Origin: an uncultured archaeon
GTDB lineage: Archaea; Aenigmatarchaeota; Aenigmatarchaeia; QMZP01; JACQNV01
DNA length: 64,000 bases
NCBI GenBank assembly: GCA_964631205.1
Contig: CAZVWU010000006.1
Coordinates: 4,955 to 68,954 of the forward strand
Direction of reading: 5' to 3'
A model generated the notes under the pieces. It was given only the letters and a program-made list of their open reading frames with translations, searched no databases and had not been told where the DNA came from. Shown piece after piece: positions 1 through 10,055 of this stretch; the first letter of the stretch is position 1; each line of letters opens with the position of its first letter. The translations under genes were made by a program, and so were the position numbers.

Positions 1-66
1 TATATAACATTGTTATATTAAGATGTCGTTTTCTTTAAATCTCTAAACATTCAAAATAGTAAGATT

Positions 67-1326
67 ATGTCCGAACAGACTGTTGTGAAAGGCTGGGTTG
101 ACAGCATAAGGGAATTAGGCGGCCTGAAATTTTTTATCGTGAGGAACAGGGAAGGCAAAACACAGGTTGTTTTGAAAAAGGGCGATGTCAAGGAAGCGCT
201 TTTTGATCTTGTCGGAAAAATGCACAGGGAAGACTGCGTGATTGTTAAAGGCTCCCTGAAAGAATCAGATCAGGCGCCTGATGGGAAAGAACTAATCCCA
301 GATTCCATTGATGTTGTGAACAAAGCAGACGTCCCGCTGCCAATTGAACCGGGTGAATCCAATAAGGACAAGAGGCTGGATTACAGGTACATGGATTTGA
401 GGGACCCTAAAGTTTTGGCTATTTTTAAAGTAAGGGCTGAAGTTCTCAGGCTGATAAGGGAATATTATACAAAGGAAGGTTTTTTTGAAGTGCAGACACC
501 TGTAATACAGGCAGCTGGCGCTGAAGGCGGCGCTGAGCTGTTCCCGCTTATCTATTATGGAAAAGAAGCATTTTTGAGGCAGAGTTCACAACTATACAAG
601 CAGATGTTAATGGCTTCCGGGTTAGATAAAATTTGGGAAGTTGGTCAAAATTTTAGAAGTGAGAAGAGTCATACGCGCAAGCATGTTTCTGAGATTACAA
701 TTGTAGATGCAGAAATTTCATGGGTTGAATCTGAAGAAGATGCGATGAAAGTTGTTGAAGGCTTAGTGCATCACGTTCTAAAAGAAGTTTCTAAAAATTG
801 TGAAGAGCAGTTAGAAACTTTGAATGTAAAAATGAAAATCCCGGAACTTCCATTCCCACGTCTCCATTACGATGAAGTTTTAGAAATGCTCCAAAAAACA
901 GAAGCAGGGAAGCATTTAAAATGGGGATCTGATTTCGCAGATGCAGAGGAAAGGGTTGTTGGAGAAATAATGGCAAAAAAAGGACACGAACTTTACTTCT
1001 TCACAAAATATCCATCACAGATAAAACCGTTCTACATAATGATGGATGGGAAATATTCAAGGGGGTTTGATTTGGATTTCAAAGGCATGGAAATAACGTC
1101 TGGCGGACAAAGGGAACATAGGGTGGATGAGTTAGTAAGAACAATGAAATCAAAGGGATTGGATCCGCACAAATTTGAATTTTATTTAAATGCCTTTAAG
1201 GTTGGTCAGCCTCCCCATGCTGGTTTTGGTCTGGGAGCTGATAGATTAGTCCAGCAAATCCTAAACTTGCCTGACATTAAGGAAGTTGTTCTGTTTCCAC
1301 GAACTGTTGAGCGTTTGGTTCCTTAA
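67..1326 (+). CDS. aspS: Aspartate--tRNA ligase, archaeal type (likely non-discriminating)
   Basis: N-terminal OB-fold, class II motifs FRSEKSHTRKHVSE, EITSGGQR, PPHAGFGLGADR and terminal LFPR. Confidence 0.9.
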   Translation: MSEQTVVKGWVDSIRELGGLKFFIVRNREGKTQVVLKKGDVKEALFDLVGKMHREDCVIVKGSLKESDQAPDGKELIPDSIDVVNKADVPLPIEPGESNKDKRLDYRYMDLRDPKVLAIFKVRAEVLRLIREYYTKEGFFEVQTPVIQAAGAEGGAELFPLIYYGKEAFLRQSSQLYKQMLMASGLDKIWEVGQNFRSEKSHTRKHVSEITIVDAEISWVESEEDAMKVVEGLVHHVLKEVSKNCEEQLETLNVKMKIPELPFPRLHYDEVLEMLQKTEAGKHLKWGSDFADAEERVVGEIMAKKGHELYFFTKYPSQIKPFYIMMDGKYSRGFDLDFKGMEITSGGQREHRVDELVRTMKSKGLDPHKFEFYLNAFKVGQPPHAGFGLGADRLVQQILNLPDIKEVVLFPRTVERLVP

Positions 1327-1477
1327 ATTGAATATGATCAACAATATAATCATGGATAAGATTGACTTACATGCCCACGTCCAGGCTATAGTTTTATAAA
1401 TTTTTAGATAATTCTATAAATAGTAAGATCTTTCTACAAATAGAAAGGTTTATAAGCCTCGAATACAAGACTTTTGT

Positions 1478-2473
1478 ATGATAGAGAGTATATTCAGTTC
1501 CAGAGTAGGCACAAAAATCCTGCTCCATTTTGGAAGGTGGCCATACAAGGAGTTTTACCTAAACGAGCTTTCCAAGGAATTAAAAATAGGCCTTGGCAGA
1601 ACTAAAACCCTTCTGGACAATTACACGAAAGAAGCCGTATTGATAAAAAGGAAAAACGGAAACAGGCTGCTCTTCAAGCTAAACCCAAACAACCAAATAA
1701 CATTTGAGATAATAAGGCTTGCCAATTTTGATTGCGTACGGGGGTTTCCAGAAAGGTTTGGAACAGCCCTCTCGAAATTTGTAACCAGGTATAGGGAGAT
1801 AATTGGAAACAATCTCTATTCTCTCGTGATATTTGGCTCTGTTGCCAAAGGGACTGCGGGAAAATGGAGCGATATGGACATATTTGTTATAGTTAAAACC
1901 AAGCCAGATAAGGGCACTTGCGACAAACTAAGGGGCGTGAATTCCGAAGTTTCAGAAGTGTTTTTAGAAACCCCCGAAGACGTGACATATACGTATAAGG
2001 ATTTTATTGAAAATTATAGTATAGGCGATGATTTTTTGATAAACATAATGAAGGACGGAATAATCCTCTTTGACAGAGACGACGTTTTCTCAAGATACCT
2101 TATAAAAGGCTTGCCATCTGTCACAAAAAAAGCAATACAGCAGAGACTGGCTTTCGCAAAACAAAGGCTTGACGAATGCATAGAGAATTTTCAAAAATTC
2201 ACTGATGTAACGGCATCCATGCTTTCCGGAGTTTCTATTAATCTTTCTAGGGGAATCCTGCTCCTGAACAACATGATCCCCGGTTCAAAACATGAAATTC
2301 CAGGCCAGTTGAAAATTGCCGGAGAAGCAAAACTTTCAGGCGTGTATAAAAAAACAAGGAAATGGTTCAATGAAGTCCATCCTGATGCCAGCAAAGATGA
2401 GGTGTGGGAAACCATAAGTTTTCTAAAAGAAAAATATAGGCAGGCAGCCAAAAATCTGGAGGCTTGGAGATGA
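1478..2473 (+). CDS. HTH + minimal nucleotidyltransferase (MNT) with HEPN-like C-terminus, putative antitoxin
   Basis: FGSVAKG..SDMDIFV MNT motif after an N-terminal wHTH; overlaps downstream HEPN gene. Confidence 0.8.
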   Translation: MIESIFSSRVGTKILLHFGRWPYKEFYLNELSKELKIGLGRTKTLLDNYTKEAVLIKRKNGNRLLFKLNPNNQITFEIIRLANFDCVRGFPERFGTALSKFVTRYREIIGNNLYSLVIFGSVAKGTAGKWSDMDIFVIVKTKPDKGTCDKLRGVNSEVSEVFLETPEDVTYTYKDFIENYSIGDDFLINIMKDGIILFDRDDVFSRYLIKGLPSVTKKAIQQRLAFAKQRLDECIENFQKFTDVTASMLSGVSINLSRGILLLNNMIPGSKHEIPGQLKIAGEAKLSGVYKKTRKWFNEVHPDASKDEVWETISFLKEKYRQAAKNLEAWR

Positions 2474-2868
2474 AAGAGGTTGTAGAGGCTTTTAAAAGAT
2501 GTGAGGAAGCCCTGAGAATATCAGAAAAAACAGTGGATATTGACCTGCCGACTTCAGCTAGCAGGCTGTATATAGCCGGTGAAAATTTAGCTGCTTGCAT
2601 GCTGCTTCTTATTGAAGGCTCTGCTTCGAGGGATCATGGGAAACTCTGGAACGGAATCCAACGCCTTTTTGAGAAGGGGGATTTGAAAAAGAATTATAGG
2701 CCTGTCCTTGAAACTTCATATCGGCTGAGGATAAAAGGGGATTATGGCAGGGATATTGAAGGGGTTGTTTTAATAAGCAGGGAGGCAATAGAAGAGCAAA
2801 TAAAATGCCTGAAGGAGTTTTCAGAAGAGGTTAGGCAAAAAATGAAGACAGAGGGCCATGTAGTCTAA
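2470..2868 (+). CDS. HEPN domain protein (UPF0332-like), putative toxin
   Basis: SRLY..A, RDHG and R..GDY pattern; ATGA overlap with MNT gene. Confidence 0.75.
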   Translation: MKEVVEAFKRCEEALRISEKTVDIDLPTSASRLYIAGENLAACMLLLIEGSASRDHGKLWNGIQRLFEKGDLKKNYRPVLETSYRLRIKGDYGRDIEGVVLISREAIEEQIKCLKEFSEEVRQKMKTEGHVV

Positions 2869-2888
2869 AGGGCTACAACCAATAAACA

Positions 2889-2944
2889 CTGACATGAAAA
2901 AAGTAGCTCTGTTCCCAAGGACCACTGAAAGGCTCGTCCCATAA
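2889..2944 (+). repeat. Diverged duplicate of the aspS 3' end (copy of 1271..1326)
   Basis: Encodes DMKKVALFPRTTERLVP* versus aspS DIKEVVLFPRTVERLVP*. Confidence 0.85.
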
Positions 2945-2945
2945 C

Positions 2946-3266
2946 CTATCCTATATAGCTTCCATCGGTTTCCTGGGGGCCGAATTTTGAAAACCTTTCC
3001 AATAATTTTTCAAGCAAAGTTTTGAGGTCGTTGTTTATCGATTCTTCTTTATGGCCTTTTTCCTTAAGGCTTGCTATTATCTCAGAGACTTCGTCGTCTT
3101 CGTTTATTGCATGAATAATACTGGATAAATTCTCTTCTGTTATTCCAGACGCAATCATTGGCTCCAGAACTTCCCTCCGAAAATCAGAATCATTTATCTT
3201 GAGTGCAAGCTTTTCCTGAAAAACTATAAGCAGCTCTATTCTCTCTTCAAGCGAATCATCAGCCAT
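2946..3266 (-). CDS. Hypothetical acidic protein
   Basis: 106-aa ORF with TATA-like sequence upstream; no motif recognised. Confidence 0.6.
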   Translation of the reverse strand: MADDSLEERIELLIVFQEKLALKINDSDFRREVLEPMIASGITEENLSSIIHAINEDDEVSEIIASLKEKGHKEESINNDLKTLLEKLLERFSKFGPQETDGSYIG

Positions 3267-3302
3267 ATTATATATTTAACAAACAGATATATAGTCGCAT
3301 AT

Positions 3303-3421
3303 GGGGCCGTAGTCTAGCTAAATTATCTTCAAGCTTCTGATTTGATAATGAAGAATTCTAGAATGGTTTAGGATTCCAGCTTGGGGTGCTGGCGACCTGA
3401 GTTCAAATCTCAGCGGCCTCA
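3303..3421 (+). tRNA. tRNA-Pro(GGG) with 44-nt D-loop intron (3320..3363)
   Basis: Acceptor GGGGCCG/CGGCCTC, anticodon arm CCAGC-TTGGGGT-GCTGG, TTCAAAT T-loop; BHB CTAG CT|A ... CTAG AA|T. Confidence 0.92.
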
Positions 3422-3559
3422 TCGGGATTTCATATAATGTTAAAAATATTCTTAACTCTATTTTGAAATAAAAATAAAAAGATAATGGAACAGAGTTCAG
3501 GCTTTGTACGTCCCACTACTCAACTAAAATTTAGATTTTTTTCCTTCCGCAAGATTTTT

Positions 3560-3727
3560 TTATCTTCCTCTTTGCTGTTTGAAGCAGTCCAGGCAATATA
3601 CTGGTCTGTCGCCTGAAGGCTTAAAGGGGACTTGTGTCTGCTTGCCGCAAGATGAGCAAACTGCGTCGTGCATTTCTCTTGGGCCGCCAAATCCGCCACC
3701 GCCACCGCCTCTCCTATCGAATCCCAT
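3560..3727 (-). CDS. CxxC-x17-CxxC zinc-ribbon protein with Gly-rich N-terminus
   Basis: REMHDAVCSSCGKQTQVPFKPSGDRPVYCLDCF; SD-like AAGGAG before ATG at 3727. Confidence 0.85.
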   Translation of the reverse strand: MGFDRRGGGGGGFGGPREMHDAVCSSCGKQTQVPFKPSGDRPVYCLDCFKQQRGR

Positions 3728-3843
3728 TTCTCTCCTTACAAAACCTGAGTCCAAAAACTTAATTCAGGTTTGTTTTACAAGTACTGTGGAACTATTCCAG
3801 TTCCGCGCCTTGTGCTAAAGAGTTGTACTGAGGCTTTATAAAC

Positions 3844-5124
3844 TTAATTGGCCTCCTCGGTTAGCACTACCTCCTTTCCTGATCCGGCCAGAACCAGCTC
3901 CCTTATTTCAGCCTTTTGCTTTTCAAGGCCTTCTTTAATAAGATTTTTCTCTTTGCCTGCCTTTTCAGCCTCGTTTTTAGCGTTCGCAAGGTCTGCTTCT
4001 ATTGATTTGATTTCAGACTCTTTCTGGCTTTTAATTTCTTCTATTGCTTTAAGGCTGCTGTATTTTGATTCTAGAATTGCTTTGTTTTCAAAAAGCCTTC
4101 TATACTGGTTTCTGGATGCGATGATTTCACCAGACTCTATTTTTTTCTTTATTCCTGCTATATTCTCCAGCTCATTTTCTTTCAAATCAAGGCTTTTAGA
4201 CGAGATTATTGGGTTAAGGGATTCCAGAACAGAATAAATAATCTCTACATTCTCCGTTTCAGCGCCTTCCGAAAACACAGTTTTCTGCTCTTTTGTTAGC
4301 ATTAAATTTTCAGAATCATGGATAAGCTTTTTCATCGGCCTCCTTATCGAAGAGATGTCGCTGATCAGGCCTGATTTTATTCTGCCTATCTCATGTTCTG
4401 TTTTTTCCAATTCTGATTTTGTTTTGTAAAGCTCATCCCACTTCGCGTCAGAACTAATTTCACGAAGCTCTTTTTTCTGGGCATCAAAGGATGCGTTATG
4501 CTTGTTTATTTCCATAGATATTTCCAATTGTAGTTTTTCTGTTTCCTTGAGTTGCCCCAGGAGTTCATTCCTCTTTCCTAGCTTTTCTCTTACATCATCA
4601 ATTAGTTTTAAAATAGTGCAACCCTGCAATTTTTTATCAAAAGAATTTAACACCTGCTCTATACTTTTTAAATTTTTGATTATATTATCGGCCTCTTTTT
4701 TGAAGTAATTGGATATTACATAGGCTTGCTTTTCATTGGCATCTTTAATTTCATTTATAATTTCAAATGTTTTATTGCATGTAGATCGCATTTCGGTAAA
4801 AGTGATGCCAGAAGATTTAGGGATCTTCTTTAGTAGCTGCGATTTTTTTGCAAACAGGTCTTTTGTCATGTTTATCGCTGAATAAGTTTTGTCTGTTGGC
4901 TCGAATTTTGCTTTTTCAAGCTCCTTTATGGCATACTCCAGATAGGAAACTAGGTCTAGCAATTCTGCCCATCTCTCTGAAAGCTCTGTGTTAATCGAGC
5001 TTATATTTTCTTTATTGGTCTCTAGCAGCCATGGAACAAGGCTGTCTATCTCTATTTCGATTTTTTCTTTAGTCTGCTTCTCCTCCATTGGCTGCTTTTT
5101 AAAGAGCTTATTTAGTAGACCCAT
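3844..5124 (-). CDS. Long coiled-coil hypothetical protein
   Basis: 426-aa K/E-rich heptad ORF. Confidence 0.7.
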   Translation of the reverse strand: MGLLNKLFKKQPMEEKQTKEKIEIEIDSLVPWLLETNKENISSINTELSERWAELLDLVSYLEYAIKELEKAKFEPTDKTYSAINMTKDLFAKKSQLLKKIPKSSGITFTEMRSTCNKTFEIINEIKDANEKQAYVISNYFKKEADNIIKNLKSIEQVLNSFDKKLQGCTILKLIDDVREKLGKRNELLGQLKETEKLQLEISMEINKHNASFDAQKKELREISSDAKWDELYKTKSELEKTEHEIGRIKSGLISDISSIRRPMKKLIHDSENLMLTKEQKTVFSEGAETENVEIIYSVLESLNPIISSKSLDLKENELENIAGIKKKIESGEIIASRNQYRRLFENKAILESKYSSLKAIEEIKSQKESEIKSIEADLANAKNEAEKAGKEKNLIKEGLEKQKAEIRELVLAGSGKEVVLTEEAN

Positions 5125-5125
5125 A

Positions 5126-5272
5126 GTATATGTTTTTCTTTTGGGTTATAAGGTCGTGAGGCTTTGACTCACGAGATGTGCCGGACTCAGCTGGAAACTG
5201 ATCTGCAGATCAGTTTCGGTCTTTAAATGTGCTGTGGCACACGACTTTTTCTTTAGAAAGAAAAAGGGTATA
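5126..5272 (-). repeat. Module A element (TATACCC-TTTTCTTT/AAAGAAAA-G[insert]CCTTATAA-CCCAAAAGAAA), intergenic copy carrying an insert that contains module C
   Basis: Same termini as 30770..30880 and the D-loop introns of both tRNA-Glu genes. Confidence 0.85.
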
Positions 5273-5392
5273 AAGCTTATAAACCATATTATTCAATCCA
5301 ATATCAGGCTATGATGACAACGCTCCAGAATGAGGCAGATTGCTGTTTGCCCTTGAATTCCGTGATAGCTGCGGAGCCCTATTTCGAGTCAT

Positions 5393-5962
5393 ATGGTGAC
5401 ATCCAAAATACAGGATCTTGGAAATCTTTTAGAAATTGATGAGATATTAATTTCTGCATTATCAAGCAGATGGAATTACAAGAGTCTGGTTACAGAAAAT
5501 GCAGAAACGGGTTTTTTGTGTATCGACCGTCCTCATTTAGAAGACAAAAAGAAAAAGGATATTTTAAAAGAATTGAGTGAAGAAGTTGAGCTAGAAGATT
5601 TGGATGAGGAGGGGAAGGAGAAGCTTGCAACTCTTGGGAATGATAATTATCTTGTACGCGTTAAATATGTTGAAGAGGATTATAAAAGAGGCGACCTCGA
5701 CAGAATAGCTCCTGGAACCTATCTCGAAGTTATCAGGGTGCACCCAATTTATATGGAAGATGGGCTTTTTGGATACACTTATCCTGAAGGCGGGCTTGCA
5801 GTCTATGTGAGGTCAGATTTGAGAGGAGAGGCATTAAGAAGGGTTATAAAACATGAAGTTGCGCATCATGCCATGAGGCTTGGTGAAGAGGCTGCGCGGG
5901 ATTTGACAGGGACGCACATGCACGAATTTTTGCCTATTTTTGAGAGGAGCAGGTATAATTAG
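5393..5962 (+). CDS. Hypothetical protein with HExxH metallopeptidase-like motif
   Basis: GLFGYT...RRVIKHEVAH..GEEAAR. Confidence 0.55.
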   Translation: MVTSKIQDLGNLLEIDEILISALSSRWNYKSLVTENAETGFLCIDRPHLEDKKKKDILKELSEEVELEDLDEEGKEKLATLGNDNYLVRVKYVEEDYKRGDLDRIAPGTYLEVIRVHPIYMEDGLFGYTYPEGGLAVYVRSDLRGEALRRVIKHEVAHHAMRLGEEAARDLTGTHMHEFLPIFERSRYN

Positions 5963-6017
5963 AGGCAGTAAGGTTTTTTGCTGAACTTGCCCTGCCATAT
6001 ATTTGGCGACTCTATAA

Positions 6018-7337
6018 TTAACCAAAAACACTTTTCTCTTTTATTGCTGAGGGGGACCCGCCAGCATGCCAGCTAAGCCTTGGCCTGATTTGGACAGAAA
6101 AGATTCGCTCTGAGTTGTCATCCAGTATAATCGCAGAGCCTTTATTTCTTGGGAGCATGTTGATGTAATCCTGTATATCCTCCATCATGTAAGTCTGCAT
6201 TATTGACCTGAGTGCTTCTAGATCCGATCTGGAAGTCAACCTATGGGAGATAATAAGGTCTGATTGCGCCAAAACATCCTCATGGAGTTTTCCTGGCCTT
6301 TGTGTGATCAATAGGACTGAGATTCCAGGTTCCCGGCCTTCTTTAATTAACGTCAATAATGGGTCTGTGGCTGCTGTGGTTTCTGCGTTTCCAACAAATT
6401 GGTGCGCTTCGTCAATCATTATCCAGACCATTGGAGCTTTTTTCTTTTTTTCGCCTGTCATTGTTTCAAATTCTTCTGATTTTCTTGCTATTAACCGTTC
6501 CATGAAAATTCTTCTGGATAGCAGCCCTACCAGCAGGGAACGCACGCTCCAGCCGCCAGAAACCCTCATATAATGCGAGACGTCTATGACAGAAACTATG
6601 CCTGGCTGAAAAAGGTCAGAAATGGGAGTCCCTTCTTTTTCGAAAATCCCCCACTCCTGTGCAGCTTCAAACCTGTTTATAAGGGCTTCTTTCACAACAG
6701 GCTCTATTCTTTTGTCGGCTTCCAGTATTTTGGTTATATCTGAAAGATCGTATTTGGTTCCATATTTTATCTTGGCTTGCTTGATAGCGCGTTCGATGGC
6801 AATCCCGTGAGAGTCTATTGAGGTGAACCCAAAGGTGACGATCCAGTCGGCGGCAGCCAATTCGCCGCATGCAAGCGTAAGGCTATGGTCGACCTCTACT
6901 CCCGAATCTTTGTATGAATTGGCATAGGCTTTTGGGACAAAGAGTTTTGCAGGCATTCCCATGGGTTCAAGGGGCTTTTTTTCATCAGGTCTTTTCCAGT
7001 CCCTGAGAAGGCTTCTTCCTTTTTCGTTGGGACTTTTCATACTCCAGAAGATTCCCATAGTGTCTATCATCAGGACTGAAAGGTTTTCCCTGATATCTTT
7101 TGGGAGTAGGGCCATCTCTTCGGAAATCACAGCCGCCGAGTAGGATTTTCCTGTCCCTCTTTTGCCGACAATCAAAACAACATGCGGTTTAGTCACATCC
7201 ATTAAAACAGCATTTGTAAGCTTTGATTCCTCCCCCTCGCCAACAATATGCATCCCTATAAAAGCAGTCCCTTTGTCGCCGAACTTTGCAAGGTCATCTT
7301 GGTCTCTTCCAACAACAATGTTTTCTAGAACAGGCAT
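6018..7337 (-). CDS. HerA/FtsK-like P-loop ATPase (DUF87)
   Basis: GKRGTGKS, IDEAH, EGREPG, TQRP motifs. Confidence 0.85.
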   Translation of the reverse strand: MPVLENIVVGRDQDDLAKFGDKGTAFIGMHIVGEGEESKLTNAVLMDVTKPHVVLIVGKRGTGKSYSAAVISEEMALLPKDIRENLSVLMIDTMGIFWSMKSPNEKGRSLLRDWKRPDEKKPLEPMGMPAKLFVPKAYANSYKDSGVEVDHSLTLACGELAAADWIVTFGFTSIDSHGIAIERAIKQAKIKYGTKYDLSDITKILEADKRIEPVVKEALINRFEAAQEWGIFEKEGTPISDLFQPGIVSVIDVSHYMRVSGGWSVRSLLVGLLSRRIFMERLIARKSEEFETMTGEKKKKAPMVWIMIDEAHQFVGNAETTAATDPLLTLIKEGREPGISVLLITQRPGKLHEDVLAQSDLIISHRLTSRSDLEALRSIMQTYMMEDIQDYINMLPRNKGSAIILDDNSERIFSVQIRPRLSWHAGGSPSAIKEKSVFG

Positions 7338-7384
7338 ATGACTTATATATTGTTTACGTCTATAATATAATTAGAGGGATTATT

Positions 7385-7585
7385 ATGACATTGGTGGACG
7401 AAGTAATAAAAAACAAAGAGGAGATTCTCATAAAGGTCCTGCAGTTTTTGGAGGGGAAGGAAGCCACAACAAAGCTCAATCTCAGTGGGATGAAGTTCAC
7501 TCTAGGCAACATGCTTGTAAAGCTCAATGGGCAAGTTGAGGTAACTGTTTTAAAGCTGGAAGAAGGCAAGAAAAAGAAAAAATAG
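7385..7585 (+). CDS. Small hypothetical protein
   Basis: ATG at 7385 after TATA-like sequence; protein-like composition. Confidence 0.6.
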   Translation: MTLVDEVIKNKEEILIKVLQFLEGKEATTKLNLSGMKFTLGNMLVKLNGQVEVTVLKLEEGKKKKK

Positions 7586-7652
7586 ACTTTCTTATTAAAA
7601 CAGGCGGCGGAAGTGAGAATAAGCTTAAAAACCTCCACCTCGTAGATAATCC

Positions 7653-7913
7653 ATGCCTATTCTTGAAGATATCCTCAAAAGCGTGGACGGGAGTCTGGAT
7701 TGTTCAATTCATTTCCACGGAAAGCAGGCCGCGATTATTTCTCTTGAGAATAAGGAGATAGTTTTTGATGTGAAGGACCCCTTTGCCTTTATGGACTTCG
7801 GGCTGATGAAGGAATTTATGAAAAGGCGCGGGGATTCAGGGGCAATGAAAAGGCTGAAAGATGCCGGGTTCAAGGTTAGCCTAAAGTACAAGGGATTTAA
7901 GGTGGATTTGTAG
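7653..7913 (+). CDS. Small hypothetical protein
   Basis: 86-aa ORF co-oriented with neighbours. Confidence 0.6.
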   Translation: MPILEDILKSVDGSLDCSIHFHGKQAAIISLENKEIVFDVKDPFAFMDFGLMKEFMKRRGDSGAMKRLKDAGFKVSLKYKGFKVDL

Positions 7914-7923
7914 TGGGTTGTTT

Positions 7924-8766
7924 ATGAAAGCGCTTGCAATAAGCTACATGCATGGCACAATGCCTGCAGGATTAAAAAAGTTTGTAAAAAATAATTCTAT
8001 CGATCTTATAATCTCTATGGGCGACCATGCAGATGGCGATGAAAGAAGAAAATTAATTTTCAAAAATTGGGGATACTTTAAAAAGAAAGATAATTATTAT
8101 AAGGCTTTTGAAAATCTTATAGGGAAAAATAAATGCACTGTCCTGCATAAAAGATATGCTTTATCCGGAAAAAATTTATTAGAAAAATTGGATTCTATCG
8201 GTGTTCCAGTCTTAATTCTGGATGGAAACAATGATTTTACAGAGAAAGACAGGAAAGACTCTGGTTACAATTTTCCTACTTTAGAAAAAACTGTGAAATG
8301 TTCAAAAAACCTAAAGTTGGTTGATGGGGAAAAATTCAAGATACAAGGCTATACTTTAGTTGGGATCGGCGGATATAGGGATGTTCCTCGATCAGATACT
8401 AAAGCTTCTCAAAAGAAAAAATATGACGAATCAAATAATTTTTTCAGGAAAAAGCTGGGAAAACTTTTAAAAAATTTAGACCAGAGAAAAACAATCTTAA
8501 TAGGCCATGACCAGCCAAGGAATACTGTTTTCGATAAGGTCAATTATCCATCGAGCCCTAATAATGGGAGATCAGTAGGCGATCCAATTATAAGGGAATT
8601 CCTCGGCAGTTTTCGTCCAGCACTCTATATCGGCGGCCATATGCATGAACATCACGGGGTATCAAAATTGGGGGAAACCACACTTGCTGCAGCAGGTCAT
8701 GGGAGAGAAGGCCAGTGCCTGATTTTAGAAATACCATCTTTAAAAATTGAAAAGGTTGTTTTATGA
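7924..8766 (+). CDS. Calcineurin-like metallophosphoesterase (Icc-like)
   Basis: S.MHG, GD, GNND, GH.P and GHMHE motifs. Confidence 0.8.
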   Translation: MKALAISYMHGTMPAGLKKFVKNNSIDLIISMGDHADGDERRKLIFKNWGYFKKKDNYYKAFENLIGKNKCTVLHKRYALSGKNLLEKLDSIGVPVLILDGNNDFTEKDRKDSGYNFPTLEKTVKCSKNLKLVDGEKFKIQGYTLVGIGGYRDVPRSDTKASQKKKYDESNNFFRKKLGKLLKNLDQRKTILIGHDQPRNTVFDKVNYPSSPNNGRSVGDPIIREFLGSFRPALYIGGHMHEHHGVSKLGETTLAAAGHGREGQCLILEIPSLKIEKVVL

Positions 8767-9230
8767 ACACACTAGAAAATGTTTTGAAAATTCTGGATGA
8801 GAACAAAATAGAATATAAAAAATTCGACCATGAGCCTGTCAAAACAAGCGAGGAGGCAGCCAAAGTCAGGGGTGTTGAATTAAAAACAGGTGTAAAGGCT
8901 ATGCTGCTCAAGACGTCAGAAGAAAAGTTCATAATGGTCCTTATAGAAGCTGATAAAAAGGTTGATTTGAAAAAGATAGCTGGGATGGAGAATACTAAAA
9001 AAGTTCAGTTTGCCAAAACAGATGAGGTTTTGGCTGAAACAGGCTGTGATACAGGAGCTGTTCCTCCCTTCGGCCACACCAAAAATGGCGCGCCAAATAA
9101 AATAAAGACTTATCTTGACAAAAATATTTTGCTGAATGGATCTGTTAATTTTAATGCAGGGAACAGAACGGTTTCTGTTTCAATGGAGGGCAAGGACCTT
9201 GAAAATGTTGTTGACTATGTGCCTTTCTAG
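8763..9230 (+). CDS. YbaK/ProX aminoacyl-tRNA editing domain protein
   Basis: HEPVKTSEEAA, VKAMLLK, GAVPPFG, FNAG motifs. Confidence 0.85.
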   Translation: MNTLENVLKILDENKIEYKKFDHEPVKTSEEAAKVRGVELKTGVKAMLLKTSEEKFIMVLIEADKKVDLKKIAGMENTKKVQFAKTDEVLAETGCDTGAVPPFGHTKNGAPNKIKTYLDKNILLNGSVNFNAGNRTVSVSMEGKDLENVVDYVPF

Positions 9231-9970
9231 CCTACAAAATAAAATTTGTCTTTTCCTTCTTCCTGCTTTAAAAATTTGCAGGATTTGAGGAAAAGAAGGG
9301 CTTCCTCTTTTTTGAGGCCAAATTTTTCTGAGGCCTGTTTTATTGTTATTGCTTGCTTGCCATGCGCTTTTTCTTTTGCAAATTCCTTCAATATCTCTTT
9401 AAGCTTTTGCGGTGCCTTTGATGAATCAAGCCAAGCAGAATACATTTTCGTTACCGGCTTTTCATCCATAAAAATGACATGTTTTGAGGGCTCAACCAGA
9501 AAAAGCGAAGCATTAGGGTTTTTGAAAGAATCTGCGTACTGCAGGGCTCCCAGATCAAATTCTTTTCCTATAACTACAAGAAGATGGTATATGCCTGGTT
9601 CATTTTTTATTGATGAGAGCATGAGGTCCAAATCTTTTTCATGAGTTCCGTCAACTGTTTTTACAACGATTTTAACCTTGTCTTTTTTTGACATTAGGCT
9701 TTTTTCTGAAACAGTTATTTCAGCTCCATTTCCATGCCTGATAAATCTTGTTTTGGGGTTTTGTATTTGGCCGTCTGCGCACCAGTCTGGAGACCATCCT
9801 GAAAACCTTTGGTTCAGGAATTCTATATATGTTTCTGCGAGGTTCTCTATATTTGGTTTCTTATTTTCTTCTTTTTGATTAACCTTTTTAAGGAAAAGGT
9901 TATTTTCTTCAGTTTTTCTTTTATCTTCATCCATATTCTGTATATCATTTCTTTTTCGGTACAGTAGCAT
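9227..9970 (-). CDS. Hypothetical protein (true start may be 9934)
   Basis: Long ORF in a minus-strand run; no motif recognised. Confidence 0.6.
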   Translation of the reverse strand: MLLYRKRNDIQNMDEDKRKTEENNLFLKKVNQKEENKKPNIENLAETYIEFLNQRFSGWSPDWCADGQIQNPKTRFIRHGNGAEITVSEKSLMSKKDKVKIVVKTVDGTHEKDLDLMLSSIKNEPGIYHLLVVIGKEFDLGALQYADSFKNPNASLFLVEPSKHVIFMDEKPVTKMYSAWLDSSKAPQKLKEILKEFAKEKAHGKQAITIKQASEKFGLKKEEALLFLKSCKFLKQEEGKDKFYFVG

Positions 9971-9976
9971 TTTTCT

Positions 9977-10051
9977 TTTCTAGTGCAGGTCTTTGCTAAA
10001 GGGACGAAACTGGTCTGCAGACCAGTTTCCATTCTTCCTTCAAAGAAGTGC
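9977..10051 (-). repeat. Module B element (GCACTTCTTT-[stem-loop]-AAAGACCTGCACTAGAAA), intergenic copy carrying module C palindrome at 10006..10029
   Basis: Identical termini to two copies in the tRNA-Ile intron and one in the tRNA-Ser 37/38 intron. Confidence 0.88.
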
Positions 10052-10055
10052 AAGG

